NCBI GenBank assembly: GCA_041653835.1 | Contig: JBAZEP010000005.1 | Span: 313 to 64,312 of the forward strand | Length of the DNA stretch: 64,000 bases | Direction of reading: 5' to 3' | DNA from: Candidatus Omnitrophota bacterium | Lineage (GTDB): Bacteria > Omnitrophota > Gorgyraeia > Gorgyraeales > Gorgyraeaceae | Part shown: positions 37,471 through 46,366 of the stretch, one piece after another | Layout: every line of letters begins with the position of its first letter | Position numbering within the stretch: the first letter of the stretch is position 1 | The notes under the pieces: generated by a model | The model's database searches: none | The model's input: only the letters and a program-made list of their open reading frames with translations | Told to the model about the DNA's origin: nothing | Made by a program: the position numbers and the translations under genes

Positions 37471-40188
37471 TTAAAATCTTCCGTTATAATAGACGCGTAT
37501 TATATGCTGTGTGTCGAGCGTAGGATAAAAATCCCCGAAGGGGCTCGCGGTAGCGCCCCATATCGGGGACAGCACCGAACCTTCGCCAAACTGTATTACC
37601 AGCAGCCCGTATTCGCTTACAGTATAGTCGAATTCCGCGAAAACATTATGATGGCTCTGGTACTTCAAATCTCCGCTTGTATTCAAGCGGTATACATTGT
37701 ACGCTTTCGAAAAGGTGTATTTAAGGAACCCTGTCAATTTTGGATTGAATTCATATCTTAAGGACGTTCCGAAATGGTTAAGATTATCGTCTATACCCTG
37801 GGCGAATTTAAAATCATTTTTCGTGAAATCCAAGTCTATGCCCAGGCCCGGCGCGGGTTTCAGCGAGATCCCGGCCCTGTATATATTGAAACGCTCGTAT
37901 GGCGGGAGGTCAAAAAATCCCTGGTTGTATAAAAAAGGCAGTTCTTCTTTATAGGTCTTGCCATCCCTTGTTACGTTACTAAAAGAAGTGTTATTCAAAA
38001 GTCCCCTTGGGTGGTCTCCTGTCGCGAGAGTGGAATCATTGGTATTCTCATATATACCGAAGAAACTTATCCATTCTTCCGGCGCGTATTCCAGGCCGGC
38101 GGAATAGGTGGACAGCGACGGGTCTTTCCCGTCTTCTATCGCCGCGTTTACAAGATATTCCCCTGTATCCGAATCGTACAGGAACGGATCTATGCCGCCT
38201 TTTGTTTTCGGCATGTCATGGTATAAAAATAACAATTTTGAAGTCCATTCGGGATTTATCCTGAAAGTATTTTCTTCCCTTACAACCCCCTCTATGTATT
38301 TGTTATCCGTATTTCTCACGTACCTGTAAGCTATCAGGTTGTCCATTTTTTCTTCGAACGCGTCTTTTTTATCAAGACGGAAATTTATCACGTCCCTTCC
38401 TGTATCTACGCCGTCTCCTATCCTGAAAGGCTCTATATCGTCGTATGTCATCGAGCCGCCGCCCCACATATTGTATTCAAGCGGCTTTTTAAAATGTAAG
38501 TGCCTGCCCCATGACTGGTCCCTTCGCGTTTCCCTGTAATTGGCAAGTCCGGGGTCGAATGCCTCATCCATGTGCGTAAAAGCTATCTTCATGTTCCCAA
38601 CCCCGGATTCTTTTTTTAAAGCGGCGTGGCCGGCGTTCCCCCGCTTTTCCGATTTGAAAGAACTTATCCTGTCGTATTCGCTCTTGCTCGCGCTGACCTG
38701 CGCCACGATATTAGTCCCCGGGCCGATGTCATAACTCGCGTCTATGCCCGCCACATTATTATAAGAATCCGCACTTCCTTCATCGAAACCGATCCTGGAA
38801 GTGCCTATCAAACCTATCATGAGGTTGTCCGTCATCTGGGTTTTCATCCTCATTGCGGCAGGTAAAGCTGTCACATTGTCATATTCCTGCCATAATGTTT
38901 GAGGGGTGGCTATGGTAGCGGAGATGCCGGTCGTATCCGACAGATTACCCTGGAAAGACGCTCCTCTCAATGCCGTAAGCCGCTGTAATTCGCTGTCCCT
39001 GGTAAAGAACGAAAGGTCGTCCGACCATTCCCCGGGCGTAAAAGAAGCTGTGGGGATAGAATCTGAATTATAATTACCGGGTTCCCAGTCATCAAGCCAG
39101 GGACTGGGCTCCCAATATATATGATGGTTGGAAAGCCCCATGGGATCATCGGAAGAAAATGCCTGGTCTTCCAGCCCGAACGGGAATATCCTTAATTTAG
39201 TGTCATCATTGGAGTAATCAAACCATAATTCCCTTACAGGCTGGAATGTTTCATGTATGTCCGTTTCGGGTATGATATAAGTCTGGCCAAAGGTATCAGT
39301 GACCGTAGTAGCCGTTGTTTTCCCGTCTATGACTTTTATTTCCGGTAAAGATATAGCGTCGCCCTGAATCAAAGTGGGTATGATCTCGTTTATGGTACTC
39401 CTTGTATTTGACCAGTATTTCAACTCTACTTCCGTGCTGTCGGTGCCGGTAGCGTCCCATATCGTAATTTTATCCGTCCTGCCCCTGAAACTCCAGGGGT
39501 CCACGGTGATATTCGAATGAAAATTCAGGCCTTCGCCCTGTTTGTTCGTATCAAAAACAACCTTAAACCTGTCATAGACCCTGGTGTCAAAAGTATTTGT
39601 CTTACCGAAATTATGGTCTATCATCCTGAAATTGCGTTCATTATAATCGCCGTTTGCCTCTTTCCAGATAACGTCGTCCCCTCTTACGCCGAACGACATC
39701 TTGTACTCACCTCTTATCTCTCCGGTAGATTTTTTGGCTTCGGGTTCATAAAACCCTTCTTCCTCTTCGGAAGCATCTTCAGGATATCCCGGTTCGGTTT
39801 CTTCAGGCTCAGGTTCCGGTTCAAGTTCAGGTTCTGACCCTGGCTCGATTTGAGGCTGAAGACGGGGATCAGATTCCCTCTTTATCTCAGCCATCTCTTT
39901 ATAGGTATCTAACCTGCCTTTTTCCCTCATGTATATTTCCGCGTTTACCAGGTCAAGATAACCCTGAGCTTCGTCATTCCTCGGGTCAAGCTTCACTGCT
40001 TGTTCAAGGGTCTCTTTCGCCTCATACAATTTACCCTGATGGTAATATTCTATACCCCTGCTGTATAACCCGAAACTCTCCGCGATATTCTGCTCCTGGG
40101 CATAAGAATAATCCGTAAGCCAGATGCCGCAGGCTATCATCACGAATAAAATACCATAGTTTTGTATACGTTTTCTTATCATTTTCAT
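37471..40188 (-). CDS. Large outer-membrane protein: signal peptide, TPR-like helical N-domain, acidic PE-rich linker, ~700 aa beta-barrel ending in aromatic F
   Basis: The ORF-track start at 40215 lies inside a palindrome, so the likely true start is MKMIRKRIQNYGILFVMIACG... at about 40188. The C-terminal ...VYYNGRF is a typical OMP beta-signal. Alternating amphipathic strands run through the last ~700 aa. Confidence 0.6.
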   Translation of the reverse strand: MKMIRKRIQNYGILFVMIACGIWLTDYSYAQEQNIAESFGLYSRGIEYYHQGKLYEAKETLEQAVKLDPRNDEAQGYLDLVNAEIYMREKGRLDTYKEMAEIKRESDPRLQPQIEPGSEPELEPEPEPEETEPGYPEDASEEEEGFYEPEAKKSTGEIRGEYKMSFGVRGDDVIWKEANGDYNERNFRMIDHNFGKTNTFDTRVYDRFKVVFDTNKQGEGLNFHSNITVDPWSFRGRTDKITIWDATGTDSTEVELKYWSNTRSTINEIIPTLIQGDAISLPEIKVIDGKTTATTVTDTFGQTYIIPETDIHETFQPVRELWFDYSNDDTKLRIFPFGLEDQAFSSDDPMGLSNHHIYWEPSPWLDDWEPGNYNSDSIPTASFTPGEWSDDLSFFTRDSELQRLTALRGASFQGNLSDTTGISATIATPQTLWQEYDNVTALPAAMRMKTQMTDNLMIGLIGTSRIGFDEGSADSYNNVAGIDASYDIGPGTNIVAQVSASKSEYDRISSFKSEKRGNAGHAALKKESGVGNMKIAFTHMDEAFDPGLANYRETRRDQSWGRHLHFKKPLEYNMWGGGSMTYDDIEPFRIGDGVDTGRDVINFRLDKKDAFEEKMDNLIAYRYVRNTDNKYIEGVVREENTFRINPEWTSKLLFLYHDMPKTKGGIDPFLYDSDTGEYLVNAAIEDGKDPSLSTYSAGLEYAPEEWISFFGIYENTNDSTLATGDHPRGLLNNTSFSNVTRDGKTYKEELPFLYNQGFFDLPPYERFNIYRAGISLKPAPGLGIDLDFTKNDFKFAQGIDDNLNHFGTSLRYEFNPKLTGFLKYTFSKAYNVYRLNTSGDLKYQSHHNVFAEFDYTVSEYGLLVIQFGEGSVLSPIWGATASPFGDFYPTLDTQHIIRVYYNGRF

Positions 40189-40193
40189 ATTAA

Positions 40194-40224
40194 GGCGGCA
40201 AACTGACAATGTCACTTTGCCGCC
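40194..40224. repeat. 31 bp palindrome (ggcggcaaactgaca-a-tgtcactttgccgcc) between the GH gene stop and the OMP gene start
   Basis: Read directly, with one mismatch in the arms. Core TGACA-A-TGTCA. Confidence 0.5.
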
Positions 40225-40239
40225 TTGGCAGCCTCTATC

Positions 40240-41463
40240 CTATTGTTTCCACAATTCCTTTAGCTTAAAGTATGCCTGAGTGGGTATGCGATCGTCAAGT
40301 CCCGGACTGTTTTTTTCCATAGAGCAGATGCCCCACCATTCCTCATTTACATTCAGGTTCTGGGGCGCTTTTATGTCAAAATAATACGCGCCGTTCGACC
40401 AACTCGGTATAGTATCGTGGATGCTCCACCTGACAGCGTCATCCTCCATGAATTTCCACCATTCATCCGTCCATTCGAACACAAAACAGCCTATGGAATT
40501 GCCGGCGCCGGTCCCTTCATAGGTATTTTTCTGGATCTCCTTTATCTCCGCTTCTATAAATTCCGCCTGGACAGCCTGGTCTTCTTTTTCCAGGAACGCG
40601 TCATACCGGTCGCATCCGAATTCGGTTATAAGGACTGGTTTCCCGAACTTATCTTTCGCCTGCCTGAAAAAACTGCCGAAGGATTTACCTCTATATATGG
40701 AACAACCGAGTATATCGATATCAGGCGAGACATCCCGTGCCACGTCTATATCGGTAAGTTCCGCGTTGGCGAGCGCCACAGGATGATTAGGGTCAACCCT
40801 GTGTATTTCTTTCGCGACCTCATTTACAAATGAATAATAAAACCTGGCCCTTGCCTGTCTCTTCAGGAACGGGTCATTCAAATTTTCTATCTCATCCGTA
40901 GTCCAGAGATTTGTGCTCTGGGGACCGTATGAAAAAGATATATTATTCTCGTTCCCCAGTATCCACAATAATATCCCTTTTTCGTTTTTATAGGTATTTA
41001 CCATGTCCAGGACATCTTTTTTTACTCTTTCCCTGAAAATAGGGTCCGCGTAATTAGGATTTTCCCAGAAACCGAGCCAGTGCCCCATGGCAGTCATTAT
41101 TCCGAACTTGCTATATAATTCACCCATGGTCTCTTTTGTATTCTTTACATATTTACCGGGCTGGTAAACCCTGATGGCGTTGATCCCAGCGTCTTTCATA
41201 AGTTTACCGTCTATCACATGAGGCTTCCTGGCATCACTCCAGAAATCATACGTATGATTTTCGCCTATAGGCACAGGACTGTACACCATGCCTTTGATGA
41301 TATAAGGCGCGTTATTCACCATTAATTGAAAACGGTTTCCTTCCATAGCTTTTATATAAACCCTGGATGGCCCCGTCAGCTTATTTAACATATAAAAAGA
41401 TAATAGTCCCGCTATTAAAATTATGATACCCGCGAGTATAGCTATTTTGGTTGGTTTTTTCAT
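40240..41463 (-). CDS. Glycoside hydrolase, TIM-barrel (GH5-like clan GH-A) with N-terminal membrane anchor/signal
   Basis: 407 aa. LWILGNENN (acid/base NE region) and VLITEFGCD (nucleophile I-T-E-F-G, as in GH5). Paralogous to the C-terminal half of 42324..44618. Confidence 0.65.
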   Translation of the reverse strand: MKKPTKIAILAGIIILIAGLLSFYMLNKLTGPSRVYIKAMEGNRFQLMVNNAPYIIKGMVYSPVPIGENHTYDFWSDARKPHVIDGKLMKDAGINAIRVYQPGKYVKNTKETMGELYSKFGIMTAMGHWLGFWENPNYADPIFRERVKKDVLDMVNTYKNEKGILLWILGNENNISFSYGPQSTNLWTTDEIENLNDPFLKRQARARFYYSFVNEVAKEIHRVDPNHPVALANAELTDIDVARDVSPDIDILGCSIYRGKSFGSFFRQAKDKFGKPVLITEFGCDRYDAFLEKEDQAVQAEFIEAEIKEIQKNTYEGTGAGNSIGCFVFEWTDEWWKFMEDDAVRWSIHDTIPSWSNGAYYFDIKAPQNLNVNEEWWGICSMEKNSPGLDDRIPTQAYFKLKELWKQ

Positions 41464-41464
41464 G

Positions 41465-41520
41465 TGAGTTTTTTAAGATTGCTTCGTCCGCCGAAGCGAA
41501 CGAAGCAATCTATTTTACAA
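41465..41520. other. Intergenic hairpin (agattgcttcg...cgaagcaatct) between the lipoprotein and GH genes
   Basis: 11 bp arms read directly. Not a member of the GACA family. Confidence 0.3.
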
Positions 41521-42243
41521 TTATTCGTACTTTATGTCATCCAGATAGAACACAGCCCCATCAGGATTTACATCCAGGTTTGTTGCCCAGCAAAAACCGC
41601 CGCTTATATAACTGAGGTCTTTGCCGCTTAAATCTATCTCGTACTGCTTCCACTCTGGTGTAAGCATAACAGGCCCTATGCCTGCGATATCTGAATCAGG
41701 ATAAAGCCCGGTAATGCCGCCAAGCTTGAACTCCTCTATCCTTTCCCCGCCTTTTTCTCCCCTTACCCAGAAGCTTAGTTTCTTGGCGCCTGTCAGATCA
41801 AATCCGCCCTTACGATCTCCCCAGTTGTTCGCGGGGCTTTGCCAGTAAACACCTGCCCATCTCGCGCCGTTACTCGCGGCGTTGGAATAACTGACTTTTA
41901 TGCATGTAGTGCCCGCGCGAGGGTTGTCAAAAGAAGCTGTTTCTATTTTTATGTCCGAATAATCTCCCATATACCCCGAAGGGATAAAATGGTTATCAGG
42001 GGACTTCGCGTCGCTATAAACAGGAAATCCTTTGAATGTTGTTACTGCCACGGCGGCTTTTTCCATATCAGTAGAAGCTTGTGCGCCTTCTTCGTCATAT
42101 GAATAATCCGCCTTCGCGACCTGCTTTGTTTCTTCCGGCATGATGGATTTCGCCTGCGGCTGGCTTGAACCCCCGCAACTCGCTATGCTGAATACTATCA
42201 GCCCGGCGGCCGCCAATAATGTCAAACTGATACTTTTTTTCAT
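41521..42243 (-). CDS. Lipoprotein, possible carbohydrate-binding (beta-sandwich-like)
   Basis: 240 aa. Lipobox SIASCGGSS. The C-terminal ~150 aa are rich in aromatic and Gly residues, typical of CBM-like beta-sandwiches. Confidence 0.5.
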   Translation of the reverse strand: MKKSISLTLLAAAGLIVFSIASCGGSSQPQAKSIMPEETKQVAKADYSYDEEGAQASTDMEKAAVAVTTFKGFPVYSDAKSPDNHFIPSGYMGDYSDIKIETASFDNPRAGTTCIKVSYSNAASNGARWAGVYWQSPANNWGDRKGGFDLTGAKKLSFWVRGEKGGERIEEFKLGGITGLYPDSDIAGIGPVMLTPEWKQYEIDLSGKDLSYISGGFCWATNLDVNPDGAVFYLDDIKYE

Positions 42244-42264
42244 ACTTCCTCCTTTTTTATCTTT

Positions 42265-42308
42265 TTAACCTTCAAACCTTAAACTTTTAACCTTCAAACT
42301 TTAAACTA
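42265..42308. promoter_or_regulatory. Two tandem 22 bp direct repeats (ttaaccttcaaacYttaaactN), 22-65 nt upstream of the lipoprotein start
   Basis: Direct repeat read by eye, 20/22 identical. Candidate binding site for a dimeric or tandem-binding regulator. Confidence 0.35.
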
Positions 42309-42323
42309 TGTACGCACCCCCTT

Positions 42324-44618
42324 TCACCTATTCCATATCTCCTTATAAGTAAAATAAGATTTCCTGAGCTGTCTCATAAACGGGCTGTGTTCCCCGTTAC
42401 CCTGACCCGCGATGCCGAGCCACTCCTCATAATTCCATCCGTCCGGGAAAGGGCCCGACCAGTTCCTTTTTGAATCATGCGCGAGAGGCTCGTAAGCCTT
42501 CCACCATTCATCAAGCCATTCGAACAATATCCCGCCTACAGCATTCCCCGCGCCTGGGAAACCCGCTGAATTATAAACTATATCTTCCCAGTTATTTTTT
42601 AAATACTCCGCCTGGGCGTCTTCCGCTTCTTCCTTTGACTTGGATTCCATATAAGCCGGGCAGCCGTATTCCGTTATCATGACAGGCTTATCGCAGATAT
42701 CTTTGACGTTTCCCCAAAAACTATTGCCAAATCCGTATTTGCCCCTGTAAGCGTTTGAACCGTATATATCGATATCCGGCGCTGATCTGGAAAATATATC
42801 CAAAAACAGGAGATCTCCGCTGCATACCGCCACAGGGTGGTCCCTGTCTATGGACTTTATCATTTTAGCGGCTTCGTTCACAAAAGAATAATATGCCTGG
42901 GGATTCTTTTTGGCGTTGTTCGCCACGCCGTAATTATTTTCGTTCCCGAGCATCCAGAAAAGCACATACGGCTCGTCCTTGAATTCTTCCACCATCTTTC
43001 TTACGCTCTCCAGCATGTTTTTCCTGTGCTCCGGGTTGGAATAATCCGTGCCTTCATACCAGCTCGCGCCCGAACCTACCGTATAAGCGCCTAAAAGATC
43101 CCCCATTATCACCATGATGCCGAACCTGTCATACAGGTCTTTCAGGAGCTCTCTATTAGAAGCGTGATGATAAAGCCTTATGGTATTACACCCCATTTCT
43201 TTAAATAGCTGGAAGTCCCCTATCGCTTTTTCTTCGGGATCCCTGGTATTATTCCAATTCTTATCCACCCAGCTGTCATAAGGCCCGTCTATCTTTTTAT
43301 TATTATCGCTATCCTCCTGCATCCAATCCGCCAGCGTGCCTTCGTCCGGGCTCTGCCCTATCTTAGTTGGGGAATAGGCCAGGCCTTTTATGATATAAGG
43401 CCTGCCCTCGACCCTTAACTGCCAGTGCCCGTTTTCATGTTTTACGATATCCACCCTGCCGTCGCCTATCTGTTTTACAACCTTGCCCATCCTTGTTTTT
43501 TTCCAGTTAAATAAAGTCTTTTTTATATTGTCAAAAAAATTCAGTTTCCTGATCTCTCCCGGGTTTACTATAAACCTGTCGTTCGCTATGTCATTGTCGA
43601 AGCCGTTCTCCACCCTTACCTTCGCGCCGGTTATTTCCATCTCAAGCTCAGGATGATGCCTTAACAAAAAATCTATCCTGTCCGCCGCAACCTGGGATAT
43701 ATACCATGGCGTATGAAAATATGTCCATCCCACTGTTTTAGGGAAATAAACCAGGATAGAATAATACGCCTTGAGCGCGTGTTTCAAAAGCCCGGATTTT
43801 TCAAGGCTGAGCCCCACATAGAACATACGCACACCCTGGGGTTCGGGCGCGTTTGCCCATTTATAAAAATTCGCCTCCAGGTCATCCGTATTCACGTAAT
43901 CCCAATGGCTTCCTTCCAGCCTGCCTTCCAATTTTACTTTCTTGTAGTTCGGGTCCCAGTTCACTCCGGATGTATTGGGATAGATGCCCTCTCCCGCGGC
44001 CTGGGTCAATCCTTCCTGATCGGTAACTGCATACACGTATTTATCTGTCCCTATATTTTTAAAATGGCCGTATTTTTTATAATCTATGATATCCTCTTTA
44101 CCCGGGTCATGGAGGGTAATGGTTGTCTTCGATCTCTTTTTCGGGGCAGGAGCGGCTTCCGCCACAGCCGGCTTTTCCTCCATTTTATCAAGGCTCGCCC
44201 GGCTTTTCTCTTTTACGCTCCAGTACCATCCCCTGGGATCCCAATTCTGGGCATAACTATAATCCCGTATAGCTGTATCAAAAACCCTTTTAGCGTCTTC
44301 TGCCTTACCCTGGGACAAGTACGCCTCTCCCTGGATAAAAAAACTCGAACCAACGGCATTGAGCGCGTCATACTGGTCTATTGTTTCGGTGGAAGGCAGT
44401 CCTGTCAAAGAAGCCTGCTGTTTTTTAGCTTCTTCGCCATATAACTCCACGCATTTATTGGTCCAATAGAATGTCTTGTCGTAATCCTTCGCGCCCCATG
44501 CCTCCCACGCCCGCACAATCATATCTTTGGGAGACAGATTCTCTTCCTCGGCGCAACAGGCATAGCGCAAAGGACACAGCGCTAAAAATAAAATTATCGC
44601 TAAACTTATTTTCTTCAT
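42324..44618 (-). CDS. Secreted glycoside hydrolase: N-terminal TPR-like/helical region + beta domain + GH5-like TIM barrel
   Basis: 764 aa. Signal peptide. The C-terminal half carries FWMLGNENNYG and VMITEYGCPAY, paralogous to 40240..41463. Confidence 0.65.
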   Translation of the reverse strand: MKKISLAIILFLALCPLRYACCAEEENLSPKDMIVRAWEAWGAKDYDKTFYWTNKCVELYGEEAKKQQASLTGLPSTETIDQYDALNAVGSSFFIQGEAYLSQGKAEDAKRVFDTAIRDYSYAQNWDPRGWYWSVKEKSRASLDKMEEKPAVAEAAPAPKKRSKTTITLHDPGKEDIIDYKKYGHFKNIGTDKYVYAVTDQEGLTQAAGEGIYPNTSGVNWDPNYKKVKLEGRLEGSHWDYVNTDDLEANFYKWANAPEPQGVRMFYVGLSLEKSGLLKHALKAYYSILVYFPKTVGWTYFHTPWYISQVAADRIDFLLRHHPELEMEITGAKVRVENGFDNDIANDRFIVNPGEIRKLNFFDNIKKTLFNWKKTRMGKVVKQIGDGRVDIVKHENGHWQLRVEGRPYIIKGLAYSPTKIGQSPDEGTLADWMQEDSDNNKKIDGPYDSWVDKNWNNTRDPEEKAIGDFQLFKEMGCNTIRLYHHASNRELLKDLYDRFGIMVIMGDLLGAYTVGSGASWYEGTDYSNPEHRKNMLESVRKMVEEFKDEPYVLFWMLGNENNYGVANNAKKNPQAYYSFVNEAAKMIKSIDRDHPVAVCSGDLLFLDIFSRSAPDIDIYGSNAYRGKYGFGNSFWGNVKDICDKPVMITEYGCPAYMESKSKEEAEDAQAEYLKNNWEDIVYNSAGFPGAGNAVGGILFEWLDEWWKAYEPLAHDSKRNWSGPFPDGWNYEEWLGIAGQGNGEHSPFMRQLRKSYFTYKEIWNR

Positions 44619-44624
44619 GGCTTT

Positions 44625-45473
44625 TTATCCTACGATCGCTCCCGCTGTTATACCCTTTATGATATGCCTCTGCATCAATAAATATACGAGGATTATCGGC
44701 ACGGTGGTTATGGTCATCCCCGCCATCAAAAGGGAATACTCCGTGATATGCGTGCCCTGGAATATCATAAGGCCGCGCTGTAAAGGCATAAGGCTCTTGC
44801 TGGAAAATATAAGCGTGGCTAATATGTACTCGTTCCAGACATTCAGCGAACTGAATATTATTATGACTGCTATGGCGGGCTTGGCAAGAGGCAGCGCCAC
44901 ATTCCACCATATCCCGAGCCTGGAACAGCCGTCTATGCGCGCGGCATCCTCGAGCTCTATAGGCATCTTGTCGAAAAATGTTTTCAACAGGTATATGCTG
45001 AATGAAAGTCCTACATTGATCATACAGAGTATATAACCTATCCTCGTATTTATGAGATGGAGCTTTGTCATCAAGACATAGAGCGGCACAAAACTGCCCG
45101 GCAAAGGTATCATCATCGCCCCAAGGAACATGTAAAAAAGTATGTTTTTGCCCGGGAATTTCAGCCGTGAGAACGCGAACGCCGCCAGGGAAGAAATGAT
45201 CACTATCCCGAACACAACCGTAACTGTATAGAACAAACTGTTCAGGAAATACATCCCGAATCCGCCCTTGGTCCAGGCGTCATAAAAATTACCCCACATA
45301 GGATCCTTCGGAAAAATGCTCATGTCCGAGAATATGGTCTGCTGGGTCTTCAGGCTGGATCCCGCCATCCATAGGAGAGGGAACAGGCACGTAATAGACA
45401 CTACGATGAGGAAAATATGTATCAGGAAATCCTTGGAATGCCTTTCAATCTTATATTTTGTGCTTTCTTTCAT
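44625..45473 (-). CDS. Carbohydrate ABC transporter permease (MalG/CUT1 family). Probable true start at 45473.
   Basis: EAA-loop EDAARIDGCSRLGIWWNVALPL and a 6-TM layout. The ORF-track N-terminal extension overlaps the upstream gene, and the internal ATG at 45473 has an AAGGA RBS. Confidence 0.8.
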   Translation of the reverse strand: MKESTKYKIERHSKDFLIHIFLIVVSITCLFPLLWMAGSSLKTQQTIFSDMSIFPKDPMWGNFYDAWTKGGFGMYFLNSLFYTVTVVFGIVIISSLAAFAFSRLKFPGKNILFYMFLGAMMIPLPGSFVPLYVLMTKLHLINTRIGYILCMINVGLSFSIYLLKTFFDKMPIELEDAARIDGCSRLGIWWNVALPLAKPAIAVIIIFSSLNVWNEYILATLIFSSKSLMPLQRGLMIFQGTHITEYSLLMAGMTITTVPIILVYLLMQRHIIKGITAGAIVG

Positions 45474-45481
45474 ATTTTCCT

Positions 45482-46366
45482 TTACGCTTGTTTCATATAT
45501 TTTGACAATTTTATCTGTATAAATGAGACAGCCAGGAGTACCGCGCCGAACATTATGCCCTGACTGCACGCGTACCCGAACCTGGAGGAGCCCACCATCG
45601 AAGCGAGTATCCTTGTTACAGGCACTTCTGTGTGATAACCCGGCCCCCCTCCTGTCATCGAAAGTATCAACACGAAGACCTGCATTGTACCAAGCACAGT
45701 AAGGATAGAAACCAGTATAAATACGGGTATCATCAGAGGTATTGTCACATTCTTGAATAACTGCCAGCTTGACGCGCCGTCAACCTTGGCGGCTTCATAT
45801 AACTGCCTCGGTATGGTCTGTAATCCTGCCAGGAATATTATAAATCCCCATCCAAAACCCTTCCAGCAGTGGATCACGGCTACGCATGTAAGGGCTGTCT
45901 TAGGGTTCGAAAGCCAATCCGTAACCAGGTTAGACAACCCTATCTGCTGAAGCCAATAATTCAAAAGTCCGTAATTACCATCATATATCCATCTCCAGAC
46001 AAGGCCTACCACCACTTCAGACAGTACCGGAGGCAGATAAAATATGACACGGTAAATATTGCCGCCTTTTATATCTCTGTCGCACGCCAGCGCCAGCATA
46101 AGCGCCAGGGCGTTCTGGAACGTGAGCGCTATCAGGGTTATATAACCGGCCTGGAGCATCGCGGACCACCATATCTTATCCTGGAATAATTCCACGAAGT
46201 TCCTCAGGCCTATGAAATTTTTGGCGAAATCGAACCGGGCTATCCCGTCCCACTGGCATAAAGACAAGGTAAACACCTTGTAAAACGGATAGATGTAAAA
46301 TATAGAAAATATCAGGACAGCGGGCAATACAAAAAGATAATTTTTAAATATTTCCTTGGCTCTCAT
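45482..46366 (-). CDS. Carbohydrate ABC transporter permease (MalF/CUT1 family)
   Basis: 294 aa. EAA-loop YEAAKVDGASSWQLFKNVTIPL and 6 TM helices. Confidence 0.85.
   Translation of the reverse strand: MRAKEIFKNYLFVLPAVLIFSIFYIYPFYKVFTLSLCQWDGIARFDFAKNFIGLRNFVELFQDKIWWSAMLQAGYITLIALTFQNALALMLALACDRDIKGGNIYRVIFYLPPVLSEVVVGLVWRWIYDGNYGLLNYWLQQIGLSNLVTDWLSNPKTALTCVAVIHCWKGFGWGFIIFLAGLQTIPRQLYEAAKVDGASSWQLFKNVTIPLMIPVFILVSILTVLGTMQVFVLILSMTGGGPGYHTEVPVTRILASMVGSSRFGYACSQGIMFGAVLLAVSFIQIKLSKYMKQA

Noticed and set aside
37447-37761. 104 aa plus-strand ORF between the ROK and OMP genes
   Set aside because: It overlaps the 3' end of the OMP gene in antisense, and there is no RBS or motif. It is likely spurious.
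39780-39870. Acidic PE/PEPE low-complexity tract (…PQIEPGSEPELEPEPEPEETEPGYPEDASEEEEG…) in the large OMP as a separate repeat feature or mobile insertion
   Set aside because: It is an in-frame compositionally biased linker between the TPR-like head and the barrel. There are no flanking repeats or signs of insertion.
42244-42323. Short tandem repeats considered as a possible CRISPR or minisatellite
   Set aside because: There are only two 22 bp copies and no spacers. It is a simple promoter-proximal direct repeat, not a CRISPR array. No CRISPR array or cas gene is present anywhere in the window.
44455-44910. 151 aa minus-strand ORF spanning the boundary of the GH gene and the ABC permease gene
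   Set aside because: It is out of frame and overlaps two confidently called genes. It is His/Arg-rich shadow-frame sequence.
44625-45569. Possible N-terminally extended or frameshifted ABC permease (ORF-track start at 45569 overlapping the upstream permease)
   Set aside because: An internal ATG at 45473 with an AAGGA RBS gives a normal-length MalG-type permease that starts 8 nt after the upstream stop. There is no evidence of a pseudogene.
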